64,000 nucleotides of DNA from Stellaceae bacterium (GCA_035934235.1 DASYYB010000027.1:32079-96078); one strand, 5' to 3'; numbered from the stretch's first letter, positions 47,110-59,623 are shown. Numbers and translations: made by a program. The notes: generated by a model from the letters alone, not told the origin.

Positions 47110-50067
47110 ATGGGCGCGGTGTTCTCGATCGACGTCGGCGTGCCGTTCCTGGATGCGCTGGCGGCGGGACTGCTGGCGCGCACTGGCGGCGAACCGTTGG
47201 CGCTCGCCCGCATGACCGTGCTGCTGCCGACGCGCCGCGCCGCGCGGTCACTGGCCGAGGCCTTCCTGCGCCAGGGTAACGGCCGGCCGCTGCTGTTGCC
47301 GCGTCTCGTGCCGGTCGGCGACGTCGACGCCGACGAGCTCGCGATTCTGGCCGACGAAAGCGCCGGCGGCGAGGCGATCGACCTGCCGCCGGCAGTGCCC
47401 GATCTCACCCGCCGGCTGATGCTGACACAGCTCGTCCTCGGTTGGGGGCAAACGCCGGCCGGTGCTGGTCCGGCCAGCGCCGCGCAAGCGGCGCCGCTGG
47501 CGGCCGAGCTGGCCCGCTTTGTCGACGAAGTCGCGGCCGAAGGCTGCACGCTCGCCAATCTCGACCGTCTGGTGCCGGCGCAGCACGCCGCGCACTGGCA
47601 GCAAGTCGTCACGTTCCTGCAAATCGTCTCCGACCATTGGCCGAAGGCGCTGGCGGAGATCGGCTGTCTCGATGCCGCCGACCGGCGCAATCGCGTGCTC
47701 GAGCGCCAAACCGAAGCTTGGCGCCGGCAACCGCCCGCCGATCCGGTGATCGCCGCCGGCATCACCGGCGGCGTGCCGGCGGTCGCGGCGCTCGTCGCCG
47801 CGGTCGCGCGCCTGCCGACCGGCATCGTCGTGCTGCCGGGCCTCGACCGCACTGCCGAAACCGCGGAATGGGAGGCGATCGCCGCCGATCCGGCGCATCC
47901 GCAATATTTGCTGGCGCGGCTGCTGGCGCGTCTCGAAATGCTGCCGGCGCAAGTCGCCGCCTGGCCGTCGCCGGCGGTTGCCGGCGCGAATGCGGCGCGC
48001 GCCGCATTGGTGCGTGCCGCGCTGGCGCCGGCGTCGCGCAGCCATCGTTGGGCGACCATCGGCAGTCTGCCGTCGGCGGCGGTCGCGGGCATGACGCGCG
48101 TTGATTGTCCCGGACCGCAGGAAGAAGCGACGACGGTCGCATTGCTGATGCGACGTCAGCTCGATGAGCCGGGCGCGACCGCGGCGCTGGTGACGCCGGA
48201 CCGCGATCTCGCGCGCCGCGTCGCCGCTGAATTGCGGCGTTGGGACATCGCAGTCGACGATTCCGCCGGCGCGCCGCTGGCGAAGACGCCGCCTGGCGTG
48301 TTCCTGCGCCTGTTGCTGACCTGCATCGCCGAAGAATTCGCGCCGCTGCCGCTTTTGGCACTGCTCAAGCATCCGTTGGCGGCGTGCGGGATGACACCGG
48401 CTGCGTTCCGCGACCTGGCGCGTCGGCTCGAAGTCGCGGCCCTGCGTGGGCCGCGTCCCGGTCCGGGCATCGACGGGCTATGCGCGGCGATCGGCGAGTG
48501 CGCGCTGGCCGATCCGGTGCGCCGCATCGGCCGCGCGTTGGCGCCGCTGGTCGAGGCGCTGGCCGCCGACGAAATCGACTTGGCAACATTGGTGCAGGCG
48601 CATATCCGCGCGGCCGAGGCGCTCGCCGCGAGCGACGCGGAAAGCGGCGACCGTCGCCTGTGGCGCGAGGAGGCCGGCGAAGCGGCGGCAGTCTGGCTCA
48701 GCGAATTGCTCGGCGCCACGCGCGGCTTTCCCAAGCTCGCTGGTGCCGATTATCCGGCGCTGTTCGAAGCGCTGATCGCCGCGCCGGTGGTGCGGCCCGC
48801 CTATGGCCGGCATCCGCGGCTGTTTATCTGGGGTCTGCTCGAAGCGCGGTTGCAGCAGGCCGATTTGGTGATCCTGGGCGGCCTCAACGAAGGCGTCTGG
48901 CCGGCGCGGGCCGACAGCGATCCTTGGCTGTCACGGCCGATGCGGCGCGATTTCGGCCTGCCCCCGCCGGAGTTGCGCGTCGGGCGCGCGGCGCACGATT
49001 TCGTCCAATGTCTCGGCGCGCGCACCGTCGTGCTGACGCGCGCCGCGCGCGTCGAAGGCAATCCGACGGTGCCGTCGCGCTGGTTGCTGCGGCTCGAAAC
49101 CGCGCTGCGCGCCGCCGGTCTCGAGGCGAAACTCTATGACAACGCGCCGCTTGCATGGCAGGCCCGGCTCGACGATCCGGGCCTCGCGCGGCGCATCGAT
49201 CCGCCGGAGCCGCGCCCGCCGGTCGAAGCCCGGCCGCGCCATCTTTGGGTGACCGAAATCGAGACCTGGCTGCGCGATCCCTATGCGATCTATGCCAAGC
49301 ACGTTCTGCGCCTGCGGGCGCTCGACCCGATCGACGCCGATCCCGGCGCGGCCGAACGCGGCATTTTCATCCATGCGGCGCTGCATCGGTTCCTGCAAAC
49401 CTTCCCCAATGAATTGCCCGACGATGCCGAGGGTAAGCTGCTGGCGATCGGCCGCGACTGTTTCGGCGAGGCGTTGCAACATCCCAACGTGCGCGCCTTC
49501 TGGTGGCCGCGCTTCGAGCGCGTCGCCGGCTGGGTGGTCGAGGCCGAACGCGAACGCCGTACGCTGATTACGCAAAGCTTCGGCGAGGTCAGCGGCACGC
49601 TCGCGCTGCCGGCGACGCACGGCCCGTTCACGTTGTCGGGCAAGGCCGACCGCGTCGATCGCTTGGCGGCGGGTGGTCTGGCGATTCTGGATTACAAGAC
49701 CGGCGGCTTGCCGCAAGTCGGCGAGGTCAAGACTGGCTATGCGCCGCAGCTCGCGCTCGAAGCGATGATCGCCGCCGCCGGCGGCTTTCGCGGCGTGCCG
49801 GCGGCCGCGGTCGCGGCGTTGATCCATTGGCAATTGACTGGCGGCGACCCGCCGGGCCGGGCGCGCACCGATGCCGACGGCGTCGACGCCGTCTGTGCAC
49901 TGGTTGATGCCGCCCGTCAGGGCCTCGAACGGCTGATCGCTCGCTTCGACGATCCGGCGACGCCCTATCGCGCCTGGCCGCAGCCGGACAAGAGGCCGCG
50001 TTATTCCGACTACACGCATCTCGCCCGGGTGCAGGAATGGCTGCCCGGCGGCGGCGCCGACGAATGA
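47110..50067 (+). CDS. addB: double-strand break repair protein AddB (alphaproteobacterial type)
   Basis: 985 aa, immediately upstream of and overlapping addA. The C-terminal PD-(D/E)xK nuclease motif reads GKADRVDRL..GGLAILDYKTG. Confidence 0.9.
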   Translation: MGAVFSIDVGVPFLDALAAGLLARTGGEPLALARMTVLLPTRRAARSLAEAFLRQGNGRPLLLPRLVPVGDVDADELAILADESAGGEAIDLPPAVPDLTRRLMLTQLVLGWGQTPAGAGPASAAQAAPLAAELARFVDEVAAEGCTLANLDRLVPAQHAAHWQQVVTFLQIVSDHWPKALAEIGCLDAADRRNRVLERQTEAWRRQPPADPVIAAGITGGVPAVAALVAAVARLPTGIVVLPGLDRTAETAEWEAIAADPAHPQYLLARLLARLEMLPAQVAAWPSPAVAGANAARAALVRAALAPASRSHRWATIGSLPSAAVAGMTRVDCPGPQEEATTVALLMRRQLDEPGATAALVTPDRDLARRVAAELRRWDIAVDDSAGAPLAKTPPGVFLRLLLTCIAEEFAPLPLLALLKHPLAACGMTPAAFRDLARRLEVAALRGPRPGPGIDGLCAAIGECALADPVRRIGRALAPLVEALAADEIDLATLVQAHIRAAEALAASDAESGDRRLWREEAGEAAAVWLSELLGATRGFPKLAGADYPALFEALIAAPVVRPAYGRHPRLFIWGLLEARLQQADLVILGGLNEGVWPARADSDPWLSRPMRRDFGLPPPELRVGRAAHDFVQCLGARTVVLTRAARVEGNPTVPSRWLLRLETALRAAGLEAKLYDNAPLAWQARLDDPGLARRIDPPEPRPPVEARPRHLWVTEIETWLRDPYAIYAKHVLRLRALDPIDADPGAAERGIFIHAALHRFLQTFPNELPDDAEGKLLAIGRDCFGEALQHPNVRAFWWPRFERVAGWVVEAERERRTLITQSFGEVSGTLALPATHGPFTLSGKADRVDRLAAGGLAILDYKTGGLPQVGEVKTGYAPQLALEAMIAAAGGFRGVPAAAVAALIHWQLTGGDPPGRARTDADGVDAVCALVDAARQGLERLIARFDDPATPYRAWPQPDKRPRYSDYTHLARVQEWLPGGGADE

Positions 50068-53000
50068 GCGCGCGGCCGAAAACCGATCCGGCCGTCCTGC
50101 AACGGCGCGCCGCCGATCCCGCCGCCTCGATCTGGGTCGCGGCTTCGGCCGGCACCGGCAAGACCAAGGTACTGACCGACCGCGTGCTGGCGTTGCTGCT
50201 CGCCGGCAACGAGCCGGCCCGCATCCTTTGCCTCACTTTCACCAAGGCGGCGGCGGCCGAAATGGCGATCCGCGTCGGGACGCGGCTCAGCGCCTGGGCG
50301 ACGATGTCCGATGCAGACTTGCGCGACGAACTCAAGGGCCTGGTCGACGGCGATGTCGATGTGGACCAGCTCGAGCGCGCGCGGCAGCTGTTCGCGCGCG
50401 TGCTCGACGCGCCCGGCGGCATGCGGATCGAAACTATCCACGCCTTCTGCCAATCGCTGCTCCGGCGCTTTCCGCTCGAAGCCGGCATTCCGCCGCATTT
50501 CCAGGTGATGGAGGAACGCAGCGCCGCGGAAGCGATGGAACGCGCCGTCGCCCATGTGCTCGATCGGGCGCGCGACGGCAAGCCGAAGATCCTCGGCGCC
50601 GCGCTCGACACCGTGACGCAGCTTGTCGGCGAAAGCGGTTTCGTCGAGCTCATCGGCATGCTCGCCGCCGAACGCGAGCGCGTCGCCGCTGCGCGCGCAG
50701 CGGGTGATGCGCAATTCGATGCGCGGCTGCGTGCGCGCTTGGGATTACGACCAGGCGAGACAGCGAACTCGATCGTCCGGCAGGCGTGCAAGGACGACGC
50801 GTTCGCCGGCGATGCGCTCAGGCATGCCGCACGCATCTTGGGCCAAAGCGGCTCGTCGACGGATACCAAGACGAGCCGTGCCGTGGGCCGCTGGCTCGGC
50901 CGCGTGGGCGGTCGGGTTTATGGTTTCGACGCGTATTGCGACGTCTTTTTTACCCAGAAAGGTGACCGCCGCACGCGTCTCGCGACCAAGGCGGCGCACG
51001 CCCTCGATCCGTCCATCGCCGCAGCGCTCGAGGCCGAGGCTGAACGCCTCGAAACGGTCCGGACGAGGCGCGATGCGGCGCGGCTCGTCAGCTCGACCGC
51101 CGCATTGCTGCGGCTCGCCGGCACAGTGCTCGACGCCTATGCCGCCGACAAGGCCGCCCGCGCCCTGCTCGATTTCGACGACCTGGTGCTGAAGGCGAAA
51201 GACCTGCTGCGGCGGCCTGGCGTCGCGCCGTGGGTGTTGTTCAAGCTCGACGGCGGCATCGACCATATCCTGATCGACGAAGCGCAGGACACCAACCCCG
51301 ACCAGTGGGAAGTGGTGGCGGCGCTCGCCGAGGAATTCTTCGCCGGCGAAGGCGCGCGCGATCGCCTGCGCACGGTGTTCGCGGTCGGCGATCCGAAGCA
51401 GTCGATCTTCAGCTTCCAGCGCGCCGATCCCGCCAAGTTCGTCGCGTTGCAGGAACATTTCCGCATGCGCGTCGAAGCGGCGCGGCAGGATTGGCGGCTG
51501 CTGACGCTCGAACTGTCGTTCCGCTCGGTCGCCGCCGTTCTGCGGACGGTCGATGCCGTCTTCGCCGATCCGCGAGCCGCCGCCGGCGTAGCGATTGCTG
51601 GCGACCCCATCCGGCACGAAGCGCATCGCCTCGGCGCCGCCGGCGTGGTCGAGCTCTGGCCGCCGGTCGGGCCCGAGCCTGGCGAGCCGCCGACGCCGTG
51701 GGACGCGCCGTTGAGCCAGGCGCGGCTCAAGCTGCCGCGCGCAAGACTGGCCGAGGCGATCGCCGCCACGGTCAAGCGCTGGATCGACACCGGCGAGCGC
51801 ATCGAGTCGAGTGGCCGACCGATTCACGCCGGCGACATTCTGGTGCTAGTACGGCGGCGCAATCCATTTGTCGGTGCGCTGGTCCGCGCGCTGAAGGAGC
51901 GTGACGTGCCGGTGGCGGGCGTCGATCGCATGGTGCTGGCCGATCAGCTGGCGGTACAGGATCTGGTGGCGTTGGCGCAATTCCTGTTGCTGCCGGCGGA
52001 CGATCTGACGCTTGCGACGGTGCTCAAAAGCCCGCTTTACGGCTTCGATGAACAACAACTGTTCGACCTCGCCCGGCCACGGTCCGGCAGCCTGTGGGAC
52101 GAACTGCGGCAGCGCGCCGGCGAGAATCCGACGTTCCGCTTCGCTGCCGATGAGCTGGCGGCGTTGCTGGCACGCGCCGACTTCATTCCACCGTTCGAAT
52201 TGTTCGCCGAGGTGCTGGGCGCGCGCGGCGGCCGACGCAAGATTCTGGCGCGGCTCGGCGCGGAAGCGAACGATCCGCTCGACGAATTGCTTGCGGCGGC
52301 GCTTGCCTTCGAGCGCGATCATGGCCCGTCATTGCAAGGCTTCCTGCATTGGCTGGTGCTCGGCGAACTCGAAATCAAGCGCGACCTCAACAACGAAGCC
52401 GGGCGCGACGAGCTGCGCGTCATCACGGTGCACGGCGCCAAGGGCTTGCAAGCGCCGATCGTTTTCCTGCCCGACACGTTGGCGGTGCCAAACCGGTCGC
52501 CCGGCATCGTCTGGACCGACGAAGGTTTGCCGCTGTGGCTTGCCGAAGGCGATGCGCCGGCGGCGCGCGAGGCCGTCGCGCTGGCCGACCGGCGTCGCGA
52601 CGAGGAATACCGCCGGCTGCTCTACGTCGCGCTGACGCGGGCGGCGGACCGGCTCTATGTCTGCGGTTGGATCGGCCAGCGCCAACCGCCCGACGATGCG
52701 TGGTATCCGTTCGTGAAGGCTGGCCTCAAGGCCGCCGGCGGCGAAGCGTTCGACTTCAACGCGATGGATCTAATCGGTACAGACGGCTGGCGCGGCGAGG
52801 GGCTGCGGCTGGTCACGCAGCAGCGCGGCAAGCGCGAATCGCCGGCCGCACGCCGTGCCGCCGCGCCGGCGGTGAACGCCTTGCCGTCTTGGGCGACGGC
52901 GCCGCCGCCGCCCGAGCCGGCGCCGCCTAAGCCGCTGCAACCGTCGCGGCCGTCGCGCGCCGATCCGCCGACCCGTTCGCCCTTGGGCGCCGACGACGGC

Positions 53001-53495
53001 CACGTCTTCCGCAAGGGCCTGGTCGTTCATCGCCTGCTGCAAAGCCTGCCGCGCGTCGCGGTGGACCAGCGCGCCGCGGCGGCCAAGCGGTTCTTGGCGC
53101 GGCCGGTTCTCGACCTTGCGCCGGCCGAGCAGGCAAGCATCGCCGCCGAAACGCTGGCCGTTCTGGCCGCGCCCGAATGGGCCAACCTGTTCGGACCCGG
53201 CTCCGAAGCCGAAGTGCCGGTTGTCGGACTGGTCGGCGACCGTGCGGTGTCGGGTCGCATCGATCGCCTGCTGGTGACCGATGCCGAAGTCGCCATCGTC
53301 GATTACAAGACGATGCGGCCGGTGCCCCCGACCGAGGTCGACGTGCCCGAGTCTTATCTCGATCAGCTTGCCGCCTACCGCGCAGCGCTGGCGCGCGTCT
53401 ATCCCGGCAAGACGGTGCGTTGCGCGCTGCTGTGGACCGAAGGGCCGAAGCTGATGTGGATTTCGGCCGCTGCGCTGGACGGGCGTGGGGCTTGA
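50064..53495 (+). CDS. addA: double-strand break repair helicase-nuclease AddA
   Basis: The ATG overlaps the addB stop (ATGA). UvrD-type helicase motifs: AASAGTGKTKVLTDR, LIDEAQDTNP, VGDPKQSIFSFQRAD, TVHGAKGLQAPIVFL and LLYVALTRA. The C-terminal nuclease motif is IDRLLV....VAIVDYKT. Confidence 0.9.
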   Translation: MSARPKTDPAVLQRRAADPAASIWVAASAGTGKTKVLTDRVLALLLAGNEPARILCLTFTKAAAAEMAIRVGTRLSAWATMSDADLRDELKGLVDGDVDVDQLERARQLFARVLDAPGGMRIETIHAFCQSLLRRFPLEAGIPPHFQVMEERSAAEAMERAVAHVLDRARDGKPKILGAALDTVTQLVGESGFVELIGMLAAERERVAAARAAGDAQFDARLRARLGLRPGETANSIVRQACKDDAFAGDALRHAARILGQSGSSTDTKTSRAVGRWLGRVGGRVYGFDAYCDVFFTQKGDRRTRLATKAAHALDPSIAAALEAEAERLETVRTRRDAARLVSSTAALLRLAGTVLDAYAADKAARALLDFDDLVLKAKDLLRRPGVAPWVLFKLDGGIDHILIDEAQDTNPDQWEVVAALAEEFFAGEGARDRLRTVFAVGDPKQSIFSFQRADPAKFVALQEHFRMRVEAARQDWRLLTLELSFRSVAAVLRTVDAVFADPRAAAGVAIAGDPIRHEAHRLGAAGVVELWPPVGPEPGEPPTPWDAPLSQARLKLPRARLAEAIAATVKRWIDTGERIESSGRPIHAGDILVLVRRRNPFVGALVRALKERDVPVAGVDRMVLADQLAVQDLVALAQFLLLPADDLTLATVLKSPLYGFDEQQLFDLARPRSGSLWDELRQRAGENPTFRFAADELAALLARADFIPPFELFAEVLGARGGRRKILARLGAEANDPLDELLAAALAFERDHGPSLQGFLHWLVLGELEIKRDLNNEAGRDELRVITVHGAKGLQAPIVFLPDTLAVPNRSPGIVWTDEGLPLWLAEGDAPAAREAVALADRRRDEEYRRLLYVALTRAADRLYVCGWIGQRQPPDDAWYPFVKAGLKAAGGEAFDFNAMDLIGTDGWRGEGLRLVTQQRGKRESPAARRAAAPAVNALPSWATAPPPPEPAPPKPLQPSRPSRADPPTRSPLGADDGHVFRKGLVVHRLLQSLPRVAVDQRAAAAKRFLARPVLDLAPAEQASIAAETLAVLAAPEWANLFGPGSEAEVPVVGLVGDRAVSGRIDRLLVTDAEVAIVDYKTMRPVPPTEVDVPESYLDQLAAYRAALARVYPGKTVRCALLWTEGPKLMWISAAALDGRGA

Positions 53496-53607
53496 GCCCG
53501 GATTTCAAGGGCCGAGCCATGCGGCCATTGCGCGGGAGCCTCGCTTGACCCTGTTTCCGGCGCTCGCCTAAGCTGCGCCCTCCGATGGATCGTGGAGCAA
53601 CCGAAGC

Positions 53608-53928
53608 ATGAAACCGAACAAGGTGACCGACTCGTCGTTCGACGCCGATGTGCTCAAGGCGCCGGGCCCAGTGCTGGTCGATTTCTGGGCCGAATGGTGC
53701 GGTCCGTGCAAGATGATCGCGCCGTTTCTCGACGACATCGCCGCCGAGATGGGCGGCAAGGTGACGGTCGCCAAGCTCAACATCGACGAGAATCCGCAAA
53801 CGCCGAGCAAATACGGCGTGCACGGCATTCCGACGCTGATGCTGTTCAAGAACGGCCAAGTGGCGGCGACCAAGATCGGCGCGCTGCCCAAGTCCAAGCT
53901 GGTCGAGTGGGTGCAGTCGGTCCTCTAG
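53608..53928 (+). CDS. trxA: thioredoxin
   Basis: 106 aa. [18 protein letters not shown] carries the active site, and [11 protein letters not shown] is also present. Confidence 0.97.
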   Translation: MKPNKVTDSSFDADVLKAPGPVLVDFWAEWCGPCKMIAPFLDDIAAEMGGKVTVAKLNIDENPQTPSKYGVHGIPTLMLFKNGQVAATKIGALPKSKLVEWVQSVL

Positions 53929-53932
53929 GCCA

Positions 53933-55228
53933 CTAGCCGTTGGCGGCCAAGATCTTTCCCGCCAGATAAAGCGAACCGCAAATCAGGGTGCGAGCGCCCG
54001 GCGCGCTGGCCGTGGCGACCGCCTCGCGCAGCGTTTTCGCGGGCTTGGCGTCGATGCCGACCTGCCGCGCCGCCGCTGCGCTCTCCTCGGCGCTCAGTGT
54101 GTTGGCTTCAGCCGGAATCGCCACGGCACTCAATCGCTTCACATACGGTGCCAGCGGCTTGAGGAAGGCCGTGGCATCGTGCGTCTTCAACATGCCGAAG
54201 ACCAGGCCTGTCGGCCGGCGCCAGCCGGCGACGAACCGCGCCAAGGCCTCGCCGCCGGCGGCGTTGTGCGCGCCGTCGAGCCAGAGCTCGGCATCCTTCG
54301 GCAACGCCTTGACCAACGGGCCGCGCCGCAGCTTTTGCAGCCGCGCCGGCCATTCCACCTTGGCCATGCCACGTCCCAATGCTGCCGCGTCGAGTGTAAA
54401 CCCCGGCAAACATTCGAGCGCGGCTAGCGCGGCGCCGGCATTGTCGTATTGATGTGCGCCGGCGAGTCCCGGCGGTGGCAGGTTGAGCGTCGTGCGGCCA
54501 CGATAGATCAGGCCGCCGCCTTCCGCCTGGCCGACCGACCATTCGCGCCCATGACGAAAGAGCGGCGCACGCAGATCGGCCGCGCGGCCGGCGATCACCG
54601 CGGCCGCCGCGGGCGTTTGCGGTCCAACGGCAACAGGCACGCCCGGCTTGAGGATGCCGGCCTTCTCGAAGGCAATGGCGGCGATGGTCTCGCCGAGAAA
54701 ATGCTGGTGATCGAGCGATACGGGCGTCAGCACCGCCACGGCCGGCTTGACCATGACGTTGGTGGCGTCGAAGCGGCCGCCGAGGCCGACCTCGATCAGC
54801 GCGATGTCGGCGTTCTCGCGGGCGAACGCCAGGAAGGCCGCGGCGGTGGTGATCTCGAAGAAGGTGATCGGTTGACCGGCGTTGGCGCGTTCGCATTCCG
54901 CCAGCAACGCGCCCAGCATCTTTTCTGGAATAAGCTTGCCGGCGAGCCGAATACGCTCGTGAAAGCGGACCAGATGTGGCGACGTGTAGACGTGGACGCG
55001 CTTGCCAGCTGCTTCAAGAAAGGCACGCAGGAAGGCGATGGTCGAACCCTTGCCGTTGGTGCCGGCGACGTGGATCACCGGCGGCAGCTCGTCCTGCGGA
55101 TCGCCCAGAGTCTTCAGCAGCCGCAGGACGCGGTCGAGCGACAGATCGATCAGCTTGGGGTGGAGCGTCAGCAGACGCTCGAGAATACGGTCGCTTGGCG
55201 CCCGGCGCCTGGTCAGGCGCGATCCCAT
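53933..55228 (-). CDS. folC: bifunctional folylpolyglutamate synthase / dihydrofolate synthase
   Basis: This is the C-terminal 431 codons of ORF 53933..56452. The start [20 protein letters not shown] overlaps the end of accD by 16 nt. The P-loop is HVAGTNGKGST. Other motifs: YTSPHLVRFHERI and GLGGRFDATNV. Confidence 0.9.
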   Translation of the reverse strand: MGSRLTRRRAPSDRILERLLTLHPKLIDLSLDRVLRLLKTLGDPQDELPPVIHVAGTNGKGSTIAFLRAFLEAAGKRVHVYTSPHLVRFHERIRLAGKLIPEKMLGALLAECERANAGQPITFFEITTAAAFLAFARENADIALIEVGLGGRFDATNVMVKPAVAVLTPVSLDHQHFLGETIAAIAFEKAGILKPGVPVAVGPQTPAAAAVIAGRAADLRAPLFRHGREWSVGQAEGGGLIYRGRTTLNLPPPGLAGAHQYDNAGAALAALECLPGFTLDAAALGRGMAKVEWPARLQKLRRGPLVKALPKDAELWLDGAHNAAGGEALARFVAGWRRPTGLVFGMLKTHDATAFLKPLAPYVKRLSAVAIPAEANTLSAEESAAAARQVGIDAKPAKTLREAVATASAPGARTLICGSLYLAGKILAANG

Positions 55229-56112
55229 CCGCGCTCCGGTGGCGCCGCGATCGCCGGCGGCCCCTTGCGGAAAAGCAGGCCGAGCAGGCGGTCGAGCGTC
55301 GCCTTGAGGTTGCGGCGGTGGACGACGATGTCGACCATGCCGTGCTCGAGCAGATATTCCGAGCGCTGGAAACCATCCGGCAGCTTTTCGCGAATCGTTT
55401 CCTCGATCACCCGCGCGCCGGCAAAGCCGATCACCGCGCCCGGCTCGGCCAAGGTGACGTCGCCAAGCATGGCGAACGACGCCGAAACGCCGCCGGTGGT
55501 CGGATCGGCCAGCAGGACGATGTAAGGCCGGCCGCTTTCCTTGACCATCTCGACCGCGAGTGTCGTGCGCGGCATCTGCATCAGCGACAGGATGCCTTCC
55601 TGCATGCGCGCGCCACCGGACGACGGAATGACGATCAACGCCGCCTCCTGCAACACCGCAAGGCGCGCCGCCGACAGCAACGCTTCGCCGACGGCAATGC
55701 CCATCGAGCCGCCCATGAAGCCGAAATCGAAGACGCAGATCACCGAAGCGGCGCCGCCGATCGTGCCGTGCGCGACCAAGGCGGCGTCGCGGGTCGCGCC
55801 CTTGGTGCCTTGCGCCTCCTTGAGCCGGTCGGAATAACGCTTGCGGTCGCGGAACTTGAGCGGGTCGGCGAGCGTCTTGGGCAGCTCGATGAGCGTGTAT
55901 TTGCCGTCGTCGAACAGCATCGCCAGCCGCTTGTCCGGCGTCAGGCGCAGATGATGGCCGCAAGCGGCGCAGACGTGGAGATTGGCCTCGAGCTCGCGGT
56001 GGAACAGCATCTGTCCGCAGCCCGGGCATTTGTGCCAGAGATTGTCCGGCACCTCCTTCTTGGCGACGACGGCCCGGATCTTGGGGAGGACGAAATTGGT
56101 GAGCCAGTTCAT
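55213..56112 (-). CDS. accD: acetyl-CoA carboxylase carboxyltransferase subunit beta
   Basis: I start at [13 protein letters not shown] (ATG 56112). The Zn ribbon is [31 protein letters not shown] and GGARMQEG are present. 299 aa. Confidence 0.95.
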   Translation of the reverse strand: MNWLTNFVLPKIRAVVAKKEVPDNLWHKCPGCGQMLFHRELEANLHVCAACGHHLRLTPDKRLAMLFDDGKYTLIELPKTLADPLKFRDRKRYSDRLKEAQGTKGATRDAALVAHGTIGGAASVICVFDFGFMGGSMGIAVGEALLSAARLAVLQEAALIVIPSSGGARMQEGILSLMQMPRTTLAVEMVKESGRPYIVLLADPTTGGVSASFAMLGDVTLAEPGAVIGFAGARVIEETIREKLPDGFQRSEYLLEHGMVDIVVHRRNLKATLDRLLGLLFRKGPPAIAAPPERGWDRA

Positions 56113-56953
56113 TGTGCCGCCCGGGCCGGATGACGCGGCCGCGCCTTGCGCACGCCCGCCGCGAGCGCGCTGACATCCTTGAGCACGGCCGGAACCAGGC
56201 TCGTCTTGGCCTTGCCGCGCTTGTCGAGATTCTTCGCCAGCCGGTCGACCAGTGCCGAGCCGACGACCGTCGCATCGGCGACGCGCGCAACCTCGGCCGC
56301 CTGGGACGGTGTGCGAATGCCGAAGCCGACGGCGATCGGCAAGCCGGTGTGGCGCCGCAGCCGCGCCACCGCGGCGGCAACGATATCGGCGCGTGCCGAC
56401 TTGGTGCCGGTGATGCCGGCAATCGCGACGTAATAGAGGAAGCCGCCGGCATTGTTGAGGATCGCCGGCAGGCGCCTGTCGTCGCTGGTCGGCGTCGCCA
56501 AGCGGATGAAATCGATGCCGGCGGCGCGTGCCCCGAGACACAGTTCGTCGTCGTGCTCGGGCGGCAGATCGACGACGATCAAGCCATCGCAGCCCGCCGC
56601 CTTGGCGTCCTTGAGGAACCGCGGCACGCCGTAGTGATAGATCGGGTTGTAATAGCCCATCAGGATCGCCGGCGTTTCGCCGTCGGTCTTGCGGAAGCGG
56701 CGCAGCACGTCGAGCGTCTTGGCGAGGCTCATGCCGGCCGCGAGCGCGCGTAGGCTTGCCGCCTGGATCGACGGCCCGTCGGCCATCGGATCGGAAAACG
56801 GCATGCCGATCTCGATCAGGTCGGCGCCGGCCTTGGGGAGCTTCGCCAAAAGCTTCTCGAAGGTGGCGCGGTCGGGGTCGCCGCAGGTGAGATAAGTGAC
56901 GAGGCCGGCTCGGCCTTCCGCGTGCAGCCGTGCAAAGCGTGCGGCGATGCGGC

Positions 56954-56957
<4 letters not shown>
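56109..56957 (-). CDS. trpA: tryptophan synthase alpha chain
   Basis: 282 aa. Motifs: L..Y...[24 protein letters not shown] and GFGI. Confidence 0.95.
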
Positions 56958-58165
<1,208 letters not shown>

Positions 58166-58246
58166 CTCGAAAAAGTCGCCTGGGGTCGCCTGGAGAGCCC
58201 GAGTTTTACCCTTAAACCCTTGAGTCTCAAAGGCTCATTTCGCGCT

Positions 58247-58888
58247 TCAGAGGGCCGCGACCGCCCCCAGGAAGGTGCGAATCTTAGCGACGTCCTTGAC
58301 GCCCGGCGCGCTTTCGACGCCCGACGACACGTCGACCGCGGCTGCGTGTGAAACGCGCGCCGCCTCGGCGACGTTCGCCGGCGTCAAGCCGCCCGACAGC
58401 ATCCACGGCAGCGGCCACCGACGCGCGCTGAGCAATTCCCAATCGAAGGCGAGCGCGTTGCCGCCCGGCCGGGTTGCGGTCTTGGGCGGCCGCGCGTCGA
58501 ACATCAACCAGTCGGCGACGCCGTAATAGCGCGGCGCGGCGGCGAGATCGCTGTCGCCGGCGATCTTGATTGCCTTCATCGCCGGCTTGCCGAAACGCTG
58601 CTTGATCTGGGCGACGCGTTCCGGCGTTTCCTCGCCGTGCAGCTGGATGAGGTCGAGCGGCGCCGCCGCCAGGACGCGCTTCAGCAGATCGTCGTCGGGA
58701 TCGACGAAGACGCCGACGCGCGTCACACCGACGGGCACGGCGCGGATCAACGGTCCCGCCTGCGCCGGCGACAGATTGCGCGGACTCGGCGGAAAGAACA
58801 CGAAGCCGACGAAGCGCGCGCCGCCAGTGATCGCGGCGGCAACCGTCTCAGGCGTCGACAGGCCGCAGATCTTGGCGGCGACGCTCAC
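58247..58888 (-). CDS. trpF: N-(5'-phosphoribosyl)anthranilate isomerase
   Basis: 213 aa. Motifs: KICGLSTPE, VGFVFFPPSPR, IQLHGEE and LSGGL.P.NV. Confidence 0.9.
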   Translation of the reverse strand: MSVAAKICGLSTPETVAAAITGGARFVGFVFFPPSPRNLSPAQAGPLIRAVPVGVTRVGVFVDPDDDLLKRVLAAAPLDLIQLHGEETPERVAQIKQRFGKPAMKAIKIAGDSDLAAAPRYYGVADWLMFDARPPKTATRPGGNALAFDWELLSARRWPLPWMLSGGLTPANVAEAARVSHAAAVDVSSGVESAPGVKDVAKIRTFLGAVAAL

Positions 58889-59595
58889 GGCTTGCGGATT
58901 TCCGCCAGCATGGCGCGCGCCGCCGCTGGCGGACTCGGCGAGCCGGTGATCGGCCGGCCGATGACGAGATAATCGGCGCCGGCCTGCACAGCGTCGCGCG
59001 GACCCATGACGCGCTTTTGATCGCCGTGGCCGAGCGAGCCGACGCGGATGCCCGGCACCACCAGCAGGAAATCGGGGCCAACGAGCTGGCGCAGCTCGGC
59101 GACCTCGTGCGGCGAGCAGACGATGCCGTCAAGACCGCTGTCCTTGGCGAGGAGCGCCAGGCGCTTCACCTGCTCGCCGGTCGAGCCCTTTTGGCCGACC
59201 GCTTCGAGATCGCGTTCGTCGAGGCTCGTCAGGACCGTGACACCCAAGAGTCTCATGCGCGTCTTGCGCGCCGCCTGCTTCGCTGCCTCGGCCGCCGCCT
59301 GCATCATGGCGCGACCGCCGCCGCAATGGACGGTCAGGAACATCGGCTCGAGCGCCGCCGCCGCCTTCACCGCGCCCGACACGGTGTTGGGGATGTCGTG
59401 CAGCTTGAGGTCGAGAAACAACGGCAAGCCTTGCGCCACGTCGCGCACCGCGCGCGGCCCGTTGGCAGTGAAGAATTCGAGGCCGAGCTTGATCCCGCCG
59501 ACCGCGCCTTTGAGCTCGCACACGAGGGTCTTGGCCTTGGCCGGATCGGCCAGGTCGATGGCACAGAGGATCGGATTGGCGGGCTTGTCGCTCAT
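58885..59595 (-). CDS. pyrF: orotidine 5'-phosphate decarboxylase
   Basis: 236 aa. Motifs: LFLDLKLHDIPNTV, LTVH..GG, GIVCSP and VVPGIR. Confidence 0.93.
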   Translation of the reverse strand: MSDKPANPILCAIDLADPAKAKTLVCELKGAVGGIKLGLEFFTANGPRAVRDVAQGLPLFLDLKLHDIPNTVSGAVKAAAALEPMFLTVHCGGGRAMMQAAAEAAKQAARKTRMRLLGVTVLTSLDERDLEAVGQKGSTGEQVKRLALLAKDSGLDGIVCSPHEVAELRQLVGPDFLLVVPGIRVGSLGHGDQKRVMGPRDAVQAGADYLVIGRPITGSPSPPAAARAMLAEIRKP

Positions 59596-59623
59596 GGCAG
59601 GCTGGATATACGGGATTCACGCC

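Noticed and set aside
53933-56452. An 839-aa ORF that could be read as one giant protein.
   Set aside because: Only the C-terminal 431 codons (from MGSRLT.. at 55228) are FolC. The N-terminal part is an Arg/Pro-rich shadow frame laid over the genuine accD and trpA genes.
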